From: Pirellulaceae bacterium
GTDB taxonomy: Bacteria > Planctomycetota > Planctomycetia > Pirellulales > Pirellulaceae
Assembly (NCBI GenBank): GCA_965233625.1
Contig: OZ247499.1
Coordinates: 4,884,419-4,948,418, forward strand
Direction of reading: 5' to 3'
DNA: 64,000 bases
Shown here in pieces: positions 17,833 to 27,581 of the stretch. Position 1 is the stretch's first letter. Each line of letters starts with the position of its first letter. Under the pieces are notes generated by a model, which was not told the origin of the DNA, made no database searches, and saw only the letters and a program-made list of their open reading frames with translations. The translations under genes were made by a program, and so were the position numbers.

Positions 17833-18831
17833 TTAGCCCTGGACCATCTCGACGATCATCTCTGCGATTGCAGCCGGCGTCTGCGAGTCGTCCATGGGAA
17901 GATGACGGCATTCAGAGAGGCCGCGGAACCATGTGTCCTGCCGGCGTGCGAACTGGCGGGTGCGGATATTCACCGCTTCGCGCATTGAGGCTTCGTCTTC
18001 TCCTGCTTCAAGCGCGGCGATCACTTCGCGGTAACCGACGGCCTGCGAAGCCGTGCGGCCCAGTTCCCCATACTCTTCCAGCAGACCGCGGACTTCCGCC
18101 ACCAGTCCCTCGTCGAACATCTGGTGCACGCGCTGCTCAATGCGGTTGTGTAGCTCCGCGCGGGGCCAGTCCAGCACAAACACTTTGCAATCTTTGGCGG
18201 CCCGGCCTTCTTCAAAATGCGTCTGCTGGTGGCTGATCGGCTGGCCGGTGATCTTATAGACTTCCAGCGCGCGGATGATGCGGCGCGTGTCGTTGGGATG
18301 AAGCCGGGCGGCGGACAGCGGATCGACCTGGTTCAGCCGGTCGTGCAACGCCTGGACACCCACCTGCTTCACTTCTTCCTCCACCGCGCGGCGGAATTCC
18401 CAGTCGGCGGGCGGACCTTCGAACACGCCGCGTAGCAGCGATTTCAGATACAGCGGCGTACCGCCGACAAACAACGGCTGCAGGCCCCGGTCGCGGATAT
18501 CTTTCACCACATCTGCGGCCGCCGCGATGTACTCGGCCGCGCTGAAACTTTCGACAGGTGTGGCGATATCGATCAGGTGATGCGGCGTCTGCGACCGCTG
18601 CTGGGCCGTCGGCTTGGCGGTGCCAATGTCCATGCCCTGGTAAACGGCCATCGAATCGAGCGAGATAATCTCGGCGTTCAGCCGCTGCGCCAATTCCAGA
18701 CCGGTCGACGTCTTTCCGCTGGCTGTGTGGCCCGAAAGGAACCAGCAGTCTTTGAAGGTCTCAGCAACGTCCCGCGACGCACCGGCGCCTGAATTCATAA
18801 CAACATTTCCAGCAAAACCACGCAGCATCAT
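17833..18831 (-). CDS. miaA: tRNA dimethylallyltransferase
   Basis: The P-loop FLSGHTASGKTSTGLELAQRLNAEIISLDSMAVYQGMDIGTAKP and the downstream GGTPLYLKSLL are the MiaA signature. The start is uncertain. The TTG at 18843 sits too close to the 'gaggaa' SD, so the ATG at 18831 is preferred. Confidence 0.85.
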   Translation of the reverse strand: MMLRGFAGNVVMNSGAGASRDVAETFKDCWFLSGHTASGKTSTGLELAQRLNAEIISLDSMAVYQGMDIGTAKPTAQQRSQTPHHLIDIATPVESFSAAEYIAAAADVVKDIRDRGLQPLFVGGTPLYLKSLLRGVFEGPPADWEFRRAVEEEVKQVGVQALHDRLNQVDPLSAARLHPNDTRRIIRALEVYKITGQPISHQQTHFEEGRAAKDCKVFVLDWPRAELHNRIEQRVHQMFDEGLVAEVRGLLEEYGELGRTASQAVGYREVIAALEAGEDEASMREAVNIRTRQFARRQDTWFRGLSECRHLPMDDSQTPAAIAEMIVEMVQG

Positions 18832-18967
18832 CGAACGGGCCAATTCCTCAGCGGCACTGACAAAACTGCCAGCGGCAAGCGGTCTATTTTCACCGGCAGC
18901 GACACATTGTCCACCGCCCTAAGAGGTTAACCGCAAGTGGTTGGCGTCGATCACTGGGGAAACAACC

Positions 18968-19038
18968 GTAGGTCAGGCGCCTGCCTGACGATGAAACGGA
19001 CTCCACTTCAAACGCCGTCAGGCAGGCGCCTGACCTAC
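18968..19038. repeat. perfect 23-bp inverted repeat (gtaggtcaggcgcctgcctgacg / cgtcaggcaggcgcctgacctac) around a 25-nt loop, followed by gggtttttgg; a terminator-like hairpin
   Basis: Read directly from the sequence. About 20-bp direct repeats flank it: ttggcgtcgatcactgggga at 18940-18959 and ttggcgtcaatcactgcgga at 19070-19089. Confidence 0.6.
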
Positions 19039-19085
19039 GGGTTTTTGGCACATCGCACTAGATAATTGGCGTTTGTTGGCGTCAA

Positions 19086-19871
19086 TCACTGCGGAAGCAG
19101 TTCGTGCAAAAGATGCGCGTGCACGCAGATAGCCAGATTGATCGGGTGATGCGTCTGGCGTTCTTCAAAGGCCGTGACCGTGCGATCGGTAATCCGGTGA
19201 TGCCCCACCACGATGCCGATGACGGATTGCTTTGCGTTCTTGTCGCTGCCGGCCGGACGCGTGACGACCACGGCGCCGCTGTCGCCGCCGAAGTTGCTGT
19301 AATTGATCAGAAAGGTAGAGGCCGTGGCGTTGGAACTGGGGGGATAGCTGGCCACGCTGCCACGCCGCAGGACAGGCCAGCCGACGGTGTCTGCTTCAAT
19401 CTTGGCGGGGAAGCAGGGGATGAAGCAGATATCGCCCAGCGAGACGCGTTCCGCTTTGATTTGTTCCTGGCTGCTGATCTGCTCCAGCTCAAAGGGTTGA
19501 ATATCAATCCCGGCGGGAAACGCGAATTTCATCACCGCCAGATCCGCCGTGGCGTGCTGCCGCCACAGAGGCCGCCCATCCATGCGGACGCGGATGGGTG
19601 TTTCCAGACGCTCGTACTGGCCATCTTCCTTCTTCTTGCGCAACACCAGCTTACAGACATCGCGTTTCATATCGTTCATCACATGCGCGGCGGTCACCAG
19701 CATGGCGCCTTCTTTGCCACGCACCACAAAGCATGTCCCCGAAGTGCGCCCGTCCGAAATCCGGAACGAAGCCCGCATCGCGTCCAACGCATCCCCCGCC
19801 GACGCCCCAGAGGTCAAAGCCGCCAGCATCATGAAAGTAAAAACAACAACCGCATGCAATCTCACGGTCAT
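19086..19871 (-). CDS. secreted trypsin-like (S1 family) serine protease
   Basis: A signal peptide, MTVRLHAVVVFTFMMLAALTSGASA, is followed by the catalytic-His context TAAHV and the catalytic-Ser motif GGDSGAVV. Confidence 0.8.
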   Translation of the reverse strand: MTVRLHAVVVFTFMMLAALTSGASAGDALDAMRASFRISDGRTSGTCFVVRGKEGAMLVTAAHVMNDMKRDVCKLVLRKKKEDGQYERLETPIRVRMDGRPLWRQHATADLAVMKFAFPAGIDIQPFELEQISSQEQIKAERVSLGDICFIPCFPAKIEADTVGWPVLRRGSVASYPPSSNATASTFLINYSNFGGDSGAVVVTRPAGSDKNAKQSVIGIVVGHHRITDRTVTAFEERQTHHPINLAICVHAHLLHELLPQ

Positions 19872-19951
19872 GCAAAAATCCTGTCAGTGGAAGTGAACGG
19901 GTTATCAGATGAACGATGGCGGTTAATCACGCTCAGCGGATTTCGCTTGCA

Positions 19952-20096
19952 ACATTAACCCGAAGCGCGAGCGAGGGACGGTTGATTGAGCGCGAAAAAC
20001 AAGGCGTTTTGGCGATACAGGTTCAAATCGAAAATCTTCCTGACCGGCCATTCCTGGGCAACGCGGGGCGTCCCTCGCTTGCGCTTCGGGTTAGTG
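19952..20096 (+). repeat. PRE copy B
   Basis: The sequence runs acattaacccgaagcgcgagcgagggacggttgattgagcgcgaaaaacaaggcgttttggcg...gggcgtccctcgcttgcgcttcgggttagtg. It has the same architecture and orientation as copy A. Confidence 0.8.
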
Positions 20097-20161
20097 TTCA
20101 TTCGCCAAAGCGTGAGAGTTCTGCACCCTTGCCGGTTTGCAATTGTCCAGCTACCAACCGC

Positions 20162-22549
20162 TTAGCTGCGTGTGATGGTTTCGTGCAGATTCAGAATCGC
20201 GCGGGCCAGGGCGGTCCAGGCGGCGAGTTCTGGTTTGGCGATGTCCGCCGGCAATGGCGCCTCGCCGGTCGAAAGCAGCGCGGCTGCGGCGGCTTCATCT
20301 TTGGCGTAACGCTGACGCTGCTGTTTCAGCAGTCCCAACAGAATGTCCGCTTCCGCTTGCGAAGGTGGACGCGATACCGCCCGCAGGAACATCCGCTCGA
20401 TCCGCTCTTTCTCGCTGCTGGCTTCGCGCTTCAAAGCACGTGTAGCGAAGGCGCGGGCCGCTTCGACATAGGCCGGGTCGTTCAACAGCACCAGCGACTG
20501 CGCCGGCGTGTTGCTGCGCGGACGCTCGGCGACGCATTCTTCCCGCGCTGGTGCGTCGAAGGCACGCATCGCCGGATGCCAGAAACTACGCCGCCAATAG
20601 GTATACACGCCCCGGCGGTACAGATCGGCGCCATGATCCTGCACGTACTTGCCATCTTTGTAAAGCTTGTACCAATAGTTGGCCGGTTGATAAGGCTTCA
20701 CGCTGCGGCCGCCCATTTTCTTCGAGAGCAGGCCGCTGATCGCCAGCGCGTTATCGCGGACCAGCTCCGCATCCAGGCGGTAGCGGTTCTGCCGGGCGAA
20801 GAGGCGGTTTTCCGGATCGCGGGCGGCGATCTCCGGCGTGGGGGTCGAACTGCGGCGGTACGTTCCGCTAAGTGCGATCAGCTTCATCATGTGCTTCACG
20901 TCCCAACCGCTTTCCATAAACTCAACGGCCAACCAGTCGAGCAGTTGCGGGTGCGAAGGCCATTCGCCTTGCGAACCGACGTCGTCCAGCGTGCGGGCGA
21001 TGCCCTTGCCCATCATCAGTTTCCACAGCCGGTTCACAAACACGCGGGCCGTCAGCGGATTTTTGCGGCTGGCAATCCAGGCTGCCAGATCCAGCCGCGT
21101 GAGCCGCTCATCGGAATCTTTGCCGCTGCCTAAGAAACCAGGAACGGCGGGCGTAACGACTTCGCCACTGTCGTCCAGCCAGTTGCCACGCGGCAGCACG
21201 CGCATGGTGCGTGGCTTGGTGGTTTCTGTGACCAGTGTTTTGGGCCAAGTCTTGGCGTCCGACGCTTTCTTCAGTTCCGCCTCAAGCTTGGCAAGCTGCT
21301 TGGTCATGGCCTGATGCTGGTCACCGCCCTGCGACGTGTTAGGCAGCTTTTCTTTCAGCGTGGCAATCTCATTTTCCAGCTGTTTCATCTTCGCGATCTG
21401 TTCGCTGGTGGGCATGTGCAACTGCTGCGGATAGCCCACGCCGCGTTCTTTCAGGTCGGCGAAGAATGCGGCGAAGCTGTAGAAGTCGCGTGCGGAAAAT
21501 GGATCGTACTTGTGATCGTGACACTCAGCGCAGCCGAGCGTGGTGCCCAGGAAGATTGCCGATGTATTGCGGACGCGGTCGGCGGCGTAGATGGCCAGAT
21601 ACTCTTTCGGCTGGGCGCCGCCTTCGCTGGTCGTCTGGTTCAGCCGGTTGAAGCCCGATGCGACCTTCCACTTATACTCCTGAAACTTGTCGCCCTTGAG
21701 CATATCGCCTGCCAGTTGTTCTTTGACAAACTGATCGAATGGCAGGTTCTGATTGAAGGCATCAATCACATAGTCGCGGTACAGCCAGACCTCGCGGTGC
21801 GAATCTTTGTGATAGCCCACCGAGTCGGCGTAGCGCACCAGGTCCAGCCAGTACAACGCCATTCGTTCGCCATATTGCGGCGAAGCCAGCAGCCTTTCGA
21901 CAACCCGTTTGTAAGCCGCGGGCGAAGGGTCCGCCACAAAAGCCTCTACCTCATCAGGCGTCGGCGGCAGCCCCGTCAGGTCCAGCGTAACGCGGCGGAT
22001 CAGCGTGCGCGGATTGGCGGCAGGCGCCGGGCGGATGTTCTCCCGCTGAAGACGCTGCAGAATGAAGGCGTCGATATCGCCAATCTTCACACCCGACTCT
22101 GCGGCTGGCTTAACCACGGGCACATCGGGCCGCGCGGGCGGAATAAAGGCCCAATGCCCCTGCCACGGGGCGCCCGCTTCAATCCACCGCCGCAACACAT
22201 CCCGCTGCGCCGGTTTGAGGGAAAGGTGCGATTCCGGCGGCGGCATCAGTTCGTCAGGATCGTCGGAAACGATACGGCGCCAGGCTTCACTATCTTCCAG
22301 CCCGCCGCCAAATGCATCGACAATGCCTTCATGCGTATCAAACCGCATATCGGCTTCGCGCGTACTCTTATCCGGCCCATGACAGCGGAAACAGTTCTGC
22401 GAAAGCAGCGGCCGGATATCACGATTAAACTGCGGCGGCTCAAGCACCTTCTCCGCGGCGCGACAGATATTCAGCGGCAACATGCCCCATGCAAGGACGC
22501 AGACGCCCGCAGAAGCAAGCCGTAATAACGCCACAAAATTCAAATGCAT
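20162..22549 (-). CDS. planctomycete PSCyt1 (cytochrome-c-like) / PSCyt2 (DUF1549) / PSD1 (DUF1553) domain protein, secreted
   Basis: A signal peptide is followed by the N-terminal motif NCFRCHGPDKSTREADMRFD, the characteristic CxxCH-like 'planctomycete cytochrome C' signature. The size (795 aa) and composition are typical of DUF1549/DUF1553 proteins. Confidence 0.8.
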   Translation of the reverse strand: MHLNFVALLRLASAGVCVLAWGMLPLNICRAAEKVLEPPQFNRDIRPLLSQNCFRCHGPDKSTREADMRFDTHEGIVDAFGGGLEDSEAWRRIVSDDPDELMPPPESHLSLKPAQRDVLRRWIEAGAPWQGHWAFIPPARPDVPVVKPAAESGVKIGDIDAFILQRLQRENIRPAPAANPRTLIRRVTLDLTGLPPTPDEVEAFVADPSPAAYKRVVERLLASPQYGERMALYWLDLVRYADSVGYHKDSHREVWLYRDYVIDAFNQNLPFDQFVKEQLAGDMLKGDKFQEYKWKVASGFNRLNQTTSEGGAQPKEYLAIYAADRVRNTSAIFLGTTLGCAECHDHKYDPFSARDFYSFAAFFADLKERGVGYPQQLHMPTSEQIAKMKQLENEIATLKEKLPNTSQGGDQHQAMTKQLAKLEAELKKASDAKTWPKTLVTETTKPRTMRVLPRGNWLDDSGEVVTPAVPGFLGSGKDSDERLTRLDLAAWIASRKNPLTARVFVNRLWKLMMGKGIARTLDDVGSQGEWPSHPQLLDWLAVEFMESGWDVKHMMKLIALSGTYRRSSTPTPEIAARDPENRLFARQNRYRLDAELVRDNALAISGLLSKKMGGRSVKPYQPANYWYKLYKDGKYVQDHGADLYRRGVYTYWRRSFWHPAMRAFDAPAREECVAERPRSNTPAQSLVLLNDPAYVEAARAFATRALKREASSEKERIERMFLRAVSRPPSQAEADILLGLLKQQRQRYAKDEAAAAALLSTGEAPLPADIAKPELAAWTALARAILNLHETITRS

Positions 22550-22745
22550 ACGTCAATCTCACCAACCGCCAGTGCGGGCAAAAACCATGTTCCAAAGTCT
22601 CAGACAGCCACCCCGCCATCCCTCAAACGACTACCTTCAGTATGCTGCGCCACAGGCGAAATCTCAAGTCAGCCTTAGATCGGACTGGCCGGTGGTTTGG
22701 CTGGAGAATTGGCGTGGTCATAAGTACTTCCGCCCCGGCGGGTGT

Positions 22746-25265
22746 TTACTTTATCTTGACCAGACCGTTGGTTTTCCAGTTGCGACTTGTTTCACTGAAT
22801 ACTGTCTGTTTCTTCTTTGTGAGCTGAGAAACTTCTTGTTTTACGAAACGGCTCAGTTCAACTTCGTCAATGACGGAGTCCGTTTCACCATTGTGGGGGA
22901 TATCACCCTTCCCATCCACAAGCACTTTCAACAGCGCCTCGGTAAACGCGCCGTTCTCCCATTCCTTTTTCTCAATACTCACTTGATTCGAAGCAGACGA
23001 CGCCAATACGAAGGCTCCACAATCTTTCCAGACAACGCGTGGATGGTCGCTGTTGGTCAATTCTGTGATGTCGACCGTTGGCACACGCCCGCCCTGGCGG
23101 ATGACATCTGATGAAAAGCACGCGTCAACGAACAACGCCGTTTTGCACTTCAAAGAGTCGTGTACAACACCAGACAGCGTCGATTGCGGAATGCCTTTAA
23201 TGCGCAACGCTTTGGGATCGGTATCGTGTGCAATCAAGTAGTAAACGCCTGTTTTTTTGTCATGTAATCCGTGCCCTGCAAAGAAGATGATGGCAAGATC
23301 TTTCGCCGTTGTTCTCTGTTCTAGCCAGAATAAACCTTCCAGGATCTTATCTTTGGTTGCGTTCTTGTTTGTCAGCTCTCTGACGAAAACGTCCCGGTAC
23401 AAACCCTTTTCTTTCTGCTCTAGCCAGGCATTGCCGAAATCGCGGGCGTCTTTATGCGCGTAAACCAGGTTTCCGCAATGAGCATGTTCTGATACGCCGA
23501 TCGTAAGCACGTACAAATTGGGGAGCGCTGTTTTCGATCCATCGTCGTAGTCGAATGTTGCCGCTGCCACCTGGCTCTTCGCGCCGTTCGATCCGTAAGC
23601 CGTTGCTTCAAGCTGATTCTTGCCTGGATTCAATTCCAGTTCGCCGGTGTAACGGTTGCTGCCCGCTGCTCTTTGCACGCCTTTGACGATCCGGCCATTA
23701 ATTTTAAACTCAACCCTATCAACGGCCTCAGCCGCTTTAGCGCCAGGAACCGTGGGTAGAATCGCTTCAACTTCCGCCTCGATGACATTGTGTTTAAATA
23801 CTTCGCCGCCGGTGGGTCGTAGGAGCCTGGCGCGCGGAGGTTCGTTGAGCAAATCCTGTTTCGTTCGAGGGCTCGCAGGCATGCGAGGGTCATCGGGTAG
23901 CGGTGTTTCATGTTTATTAACGGTGCTGTGGCGGAGCAGCGCTTTTGTCAGACTACGACGGACAAATAAGTCGTCAACAATTAAAGGTTGCTGCAGTTTT
24001 TGATACTGTGCCGCTTCCAGGAATTCGGCTGCTTCATCGCGGTTGCGATTAATATGCCAACCAATCAATTGATCGCCGCGCGACGACGAATCGAAGTAAC
24101 CTGCGGGCGACCAGATCACCCATTCGTCCTGCCTGGTGTAAACAAAGCTCAATAACGGCTCTACATGTGGCGGTCGCGACGCCAGCGTGACATTTGTCTC
24201 GAACTTCGTTTTATTGTTGCGGATCATGCCTAACCTGACGCGCTGCCCGGGACGATACACGCCGCGCAATTTCCGCGACCGGCTTTCGTAAAAAGAAGTT
24301 CCATCGAAGGTCATGATCCGGTTGGTTTTTACGATGGGAGGCACCGACTTTGCTGCCAGGCTACCTTCGGGCACATCAAGCACCTGGTTCCCGCGGAAAA
24401 GAAAGTCGATGTCTCCCACGGGGGCGACGTAATCTAGATTCCAGATACGGACTGCGCCTTCCGTAGAAGCAGTTGCTAATAGCGAGCCGTTAGGGTTCTG
24501 TGCAATCGACGTAATAAAGTTGCGATGCCCCAGGAATTCCCTCAATACCCGGGCAGAACCCCGGCTATCGATAGCGACGCCCACAAGTTGCCCCGTCAGG
24601 TCGCCAGCGATGTAAATAACCTCGTCTGGTTGCTGCCCCCACTTTGGCTGCTTGGGCAAACGCAAAATCGCCGAGATATAGCCAAGACCTCCTTCGCGAA
24701 CGGCGCCTTCTGGTAATGCACCAACCGCGCTGACGGCTGCGGCGTAATTGATTTTGAAGGGCGAATCAATCGGCCTGTCCTGTGGGCGCAGCTGGCGCAC
24801 ATGTCGCGGGTTTACGACCAGTTCATGGGTTAACCGGCCGTAATCATTCCGCTCCCACTTGTTTCCGTCGCGCTCGACGCCAAACAGCAGCCCGTCACCC
24901 GACGGTGTCCAGGCAACCTTATAAATGCGTTCGACCTCGCTGGTGTCAATTACCCAGATAGGTTCCGCGGTGCGTGTATTCCAGACATGAATACCACCAA
25001 GTTTGTCAACACTGACCGCGCGTTTACCATCGGCGCTTGTCGTCACCACAAGCGGTGTCCAGGCGTGCCCGAAATAGGTGCAGATTTTATTTGTTTCATT
25101 GGGTTCGTGACTGCCGTTCTGGTCCTTCTGGTAAACTTGCACCCAGAACCGTGTGCCGGCGGGATTTGCCCGCGTGGAACCACCACGAGCCAGATAACTG
25201 GAACCCGGACCGCTTCGATCCGTGGGAGGCATGTACCACCAGGCCGTTTTGAACACACCGTTCAC
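22746..25265 (-). CDS. WD40-repeat / caspase-like (peptidase C14) domain protein; appears to be the distal part of a gene interrupted by an in-frame stop
   Basis: WD40-like repeats are visible (GHRNFITSIAQNPNGSLLATASTEGAVRIWNL). The C-terminal caspase fold reads LYVLTIGVSEH...DLAIIFFAGHGLHDKKTGVYYLIAHD...TALFVDACFS, giving a His-Cys dyad in the GHG and DAC contexts. The first start is the GTG at 25265, with no ATG for 260 nt downstream of the stop at 25527. Confidence 0.7.
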   Translation of the reverse strand: MNGVFKTAWWYMPPTDRSGPGSSYLARGGSTRANPAGTRFWVQVYQKDQNGSHEPNETNKICTYFGHAWTPLVVTTSADGKRAVSVDKLGGIHVWNTRTAEPIWVIDTSEVERIYKVAWTPSGDGLLFGVERDGNKWERNDYGRLTHELVVNPRHVRQLRPQDRPIDSPFKINYAAAVSAVGALPEGAVREGGLGYISAILRLPKQPKWGQQPDEVIYIAGDLTGQLVGVAIDSRGSARVLREFLGHRNFITSIAQNPNGSLLATASTEGAVRIWNLDYVAPVGDIDFLFRGNQVLDVPEGSLAAKSVPPIVKTNRIMTFDGTSFYESRSRKLRGVYRPGQRVRLGMIRNNKTKFETNVTLASRPPHVEPLLSFVYTRQDEWVIWSPAGYFDSSSRGDQLIGWHINRNRDEAAEFLEAAQYQKLQQPLIVDDLFVRRSLTKALLRHSTVNKHETPLPDDPRMPASPRTKQDLLNEPPRARLLRPTGGEVFKHNVIEAEVEAILPTVPGAKAAEAVDRVEFKINGRIVKGVQRAAGSNRYTGELELNPGKNQLEATAYGSNGAKSQVAAATFDYDDGSKTALPNLYVLTIGVSEHAHCGNLVYAHKDARDFGNAWLEQKEKGLYRDVFVRELTNKNATKDKILEGLFWLEQRTTAKDLAIIFFAGHGLHDKKTGVYYLIAHDTDPKALRIKGIPQSTLSGVVHDSLKCKTALFVDACFSSDVIRQGGRVPTVDITELTNSDHPRVVWKDCGAFVLASSASNQVSIEKKEWENGAFTEALLKVLVDGKGDIPHNGETDSVIDEVELSRFVKQEVSQLTKKKQTVFSETSRNWKTNGLVKIK

Positions 25266-25526
25266 ATGTGGCGGCGGGTAGACCGTATCAAAGTTTTCGC
25301 GGGTCCGGATGATGCGGGCCTGTTCGCGATGATCAATCTTCTTGCCAGTTTTTACGTTGATGATAACGCGGCGTTGCGCAAGGTCGGCGAGAATGTGATC
25401 GTTGTCGATGAAGCCAAAGAAGTCAGAAATGTTCTGGTTCTTGAACTGTTCGTCCGGGTCACGGTAATAAGTCTGTGTCGTTTCTTTGCTTGCGATAGGC
25501 CAAGACTTGACCTGAATTCGACCGCC

Positions 25527-26009
25527 TCAGCCATAGCTCGCGATCCATTTACCATCGGGTGAAAACGCTAAGCGATCGGCGCAACCAATATGGCCTGGAA
25601 GAAGTTCCTCAATCTTCGAGAGATCACGTAGCGCGTACTTGCGTATTGAACCCGCAAATGTGTTATCGCTAACACCCACATACAAATACTTGCTGTCGGG
25701 CGAGAACCGGACTGCGTTGGTACGCCCTAATTTCAGGTAAGGCGCCAGTTGAAAACCCCGGAGCCGGCCAAGCAATGTTTTGTTATTAACATCCCAGACC
25801 CGCACTTCTTTATCACCAGCAACGGCCAGCAGGCTGCCATCACCATTAAGGGCGCAGTCGCGGATACTTCCGCTAGCGAAGCTGCCACTTCTCACAACCA
25901 GAAATGGGTTGTCTTCGGCAGATGCCGTTGAAGATGTGAATGTTTGCAGGACCACGACAGCTACCACTGTCCAGCCTGCAACTAGTTTGTACATCTCAAA
26001 ATGTCGCAT
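25527..26009 (-). CDS. N-terminal fragment: signal peptide plus WD40 repeats; same frame as 22746..25265, separated from it by a single TGA
   Basis: The signal peptide MYKLVAGWTVVAVVVLQTFTSSTASA precedes a WD40 unit, LAVAGDKEVRVWDVNNKTLLGRLRG. The stop TGA (revcomp of 25527-25529) is in frame with 87 downstream sense codons that lead into the GTG at 25265. Confidence 0.6.
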   Translation of the reverse strand: MRHFEMYKLVAGWTVVAVVVLQTFTSSTASAEDNPFLVVRSGSFASGSIRDCALNGDGSLLAVAGDKEVRVWDVNNKTLLGRLRGFQLAPYLKLGRTNAVRFSPDSKYLYVGVSDNTFAGSIRKYALRDLSKIEELLPGHIGCADRLAFSPDGKWIASYG

Positions 26010-26194
26010 GAAATTTCCCGCAACTGCTAACCCGGCACTTCTGGGGAGGCGTAAGACCCCTTGCCGGATGATTTTACTTGGATGCGTGAGGCGCTTCAAT
26101 AAAGGAGGCACTTGCTCTACATCCGTAAATCAATTTGTCAGCGGACAAATTTCAATCCAAAAACGTAAGTAACCGTCGCACGCAGTTTACTCGA

Positions 26195-27460
26195 CTACAA
26201 CTCGTCGGCGCCGGTGAAGTTTGTTACCAGCGCGCGGAGCTTGCGGCGGAGGACGGTGTAGCTGAAGAAGTTGCGGCTTAGCTCGTAGTTGCGGTTGACC
26301 ATCTCTTCGCGGTATTGCTCATCGTTGATCACGCGGCGTACGGCTTCTACGGTTTCGCGGGTGAGATAGCCATCCATCGGGACCACTTGAAAGCCCCGTG
26401 GTTCGATATCGGCGATGTAAATCGAATAGCGGTTTACGAGCACGGGTTTGCGGTAATAGAACGCCTCAAGCAGCGCGTTGCCGAAGCCTTCGTAGAGGCT
26501 GGGGTAGGTGATAAAGTCGGCCACGGCGTAAGCATCGCCCAGCGTATAGACGCGGCGGCCATCTTCGCGGACGCCGCGTTTTTCGTTCACCTGTTCATCA
26601 ATAAATCGCAGGTCCACGTTCTGCCGCTCCGCCATCTCGATCAGCGCGTTGCAGTACTCGTACCCCTCATCGCCGGATGCGTGCGAGATGACCAGTTTGC
26701 AGCGTGGGTCTTTCAGTTCACCCATCAGGTTGATCGAGTGTTCGATGCCTTTGCGCGGCACGACGCGGGTCGGTTGCAGGAACATGATATCGTCGTCCGT
26801 CAGTCCGATATCGCGCCGCAGCGTGGAGGTGTAATCATCCGGCTCTGGCGGTGTGCGTTCAAAATTCAGCACATTCGGCACCAGGATCGAAGACACGCCG
26901 CAACGGTGCGAAAGGTCTTCCTGCGCGAATGAATTGATCGTGACGTGCTGGATTGATGGCAGATCGGGCGGAAACGCCATCGACAGAAAATCGCCTGCCG
27001 AGTTCACCGCAAAGCGATCGCGTTCCCAGTAGAAGTCGTGATGGTGGGCGATTGTCGGGAAGCCGGTCTCCGCAATGAAGTTGGTCAGCGCCACGCCCAA
27101 CGGGATATTCATGGGAATCGTCAACGCGTTCTGAACAATCAGAATGTTGATATCGAACTTCTGGACAAACTTCTGCAGCATGTACTTCAGATGCTCAGCC
27201 AGCGAATACACCAGCCGCGTGACGTTCGGATCGCGCTGCCGCGAGCCGAAGACGTGCCGGTTGATGAAGGCGATGTTCTCGCTGCCGAAGTATGCGGTTG
27301 GCGCCAGCATGCTGATGTCCGGATCGGTATCCAGCACTCCGGCAAACCAGAAGCTGCGGTGCTTATGATCCCAGAGAACTTCCGCCCATTTCGCACTTTC
27401 GAGTGAGACGCCATCCGTGCCGGCGAAACGGGTGGAAACAAAGCCGATGTTCTGTCCCAT
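26195..27460 (-). CDS. GT4-family glycosyltransferase (sugar-phosphate synthase-like)
   Basis: The protein is 421 aa with a C-terminal GT-B donor-binding region, [24 protein letters not shown] (an E-x7-E-like motif). It is the last gene of a three-gene minus-strand operon. Confidence 0.7.
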   Translation of the reverse strand: MGQNIGFVSTRFAGTDGVSLESAKWAEVLWDHKHRSFWFAGVLDTDPDISMLAPTAYFGSENIAFINRHVFGSRQRDPNVTRLVYSLAEHLKYMLQKFVQKFDINILIVQNALTIPMNIPLGVALTNFIAETGFPTIAHHHDFYWERDRFAVNSAGDFLSMAFPPDLPSIQHVTINSFAQEDLSHRCGVSSILVPNVLNFERTPPEPDDYTSTLRRDIGLTDDDIMFLQPTRVVPRKGIEHSINLMGELKDPRCKLVISHASGDEGYEYCNALIEMAERQNVDLRFIDEQVNEKRGVREDGRRVYTLGDAYAVADFITYPSLYEGFGNALLEAFYYRKPVLVNRYSIYIADIEPRGFQVVPMDGYLTRETVEAVRRVINDEQYREEMVNRNYELSRNFFSYTVLRRKLRALVTNFTGADEL

Positions 27461-27581
27461 GACGAGGGGCCTTTGTGATAAACGCGCCTTCGTCGCAATA
27501 GCGCGTTGGTGAAAGTGCTAATGTGGCCACGCGATCCATCACGCAACCGTCCGTCCAAGGTGTGTTACTAAGTAAGTGTGT

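Noticed and set aside
21314-22525. 403-aa plus-strand ORF (and 19916..21133) antisense to the PSCyt/PSD1 gene
   Set aside because: The minus strand has a signal peptide and the NCFRCHGPDK signature. The plus ORFs are R/G-rich nonsense.
25527-25529. In-frame TGA as selenocysteine
   Set aside because: No SECIS-like stem-loop is evident immediately 3' on the mRNA, and the context (secreted WD40 protein) is not a selenoprotein family. A nonsense mutation or error is more parsimonious, though recoding cannot be fully excluded.
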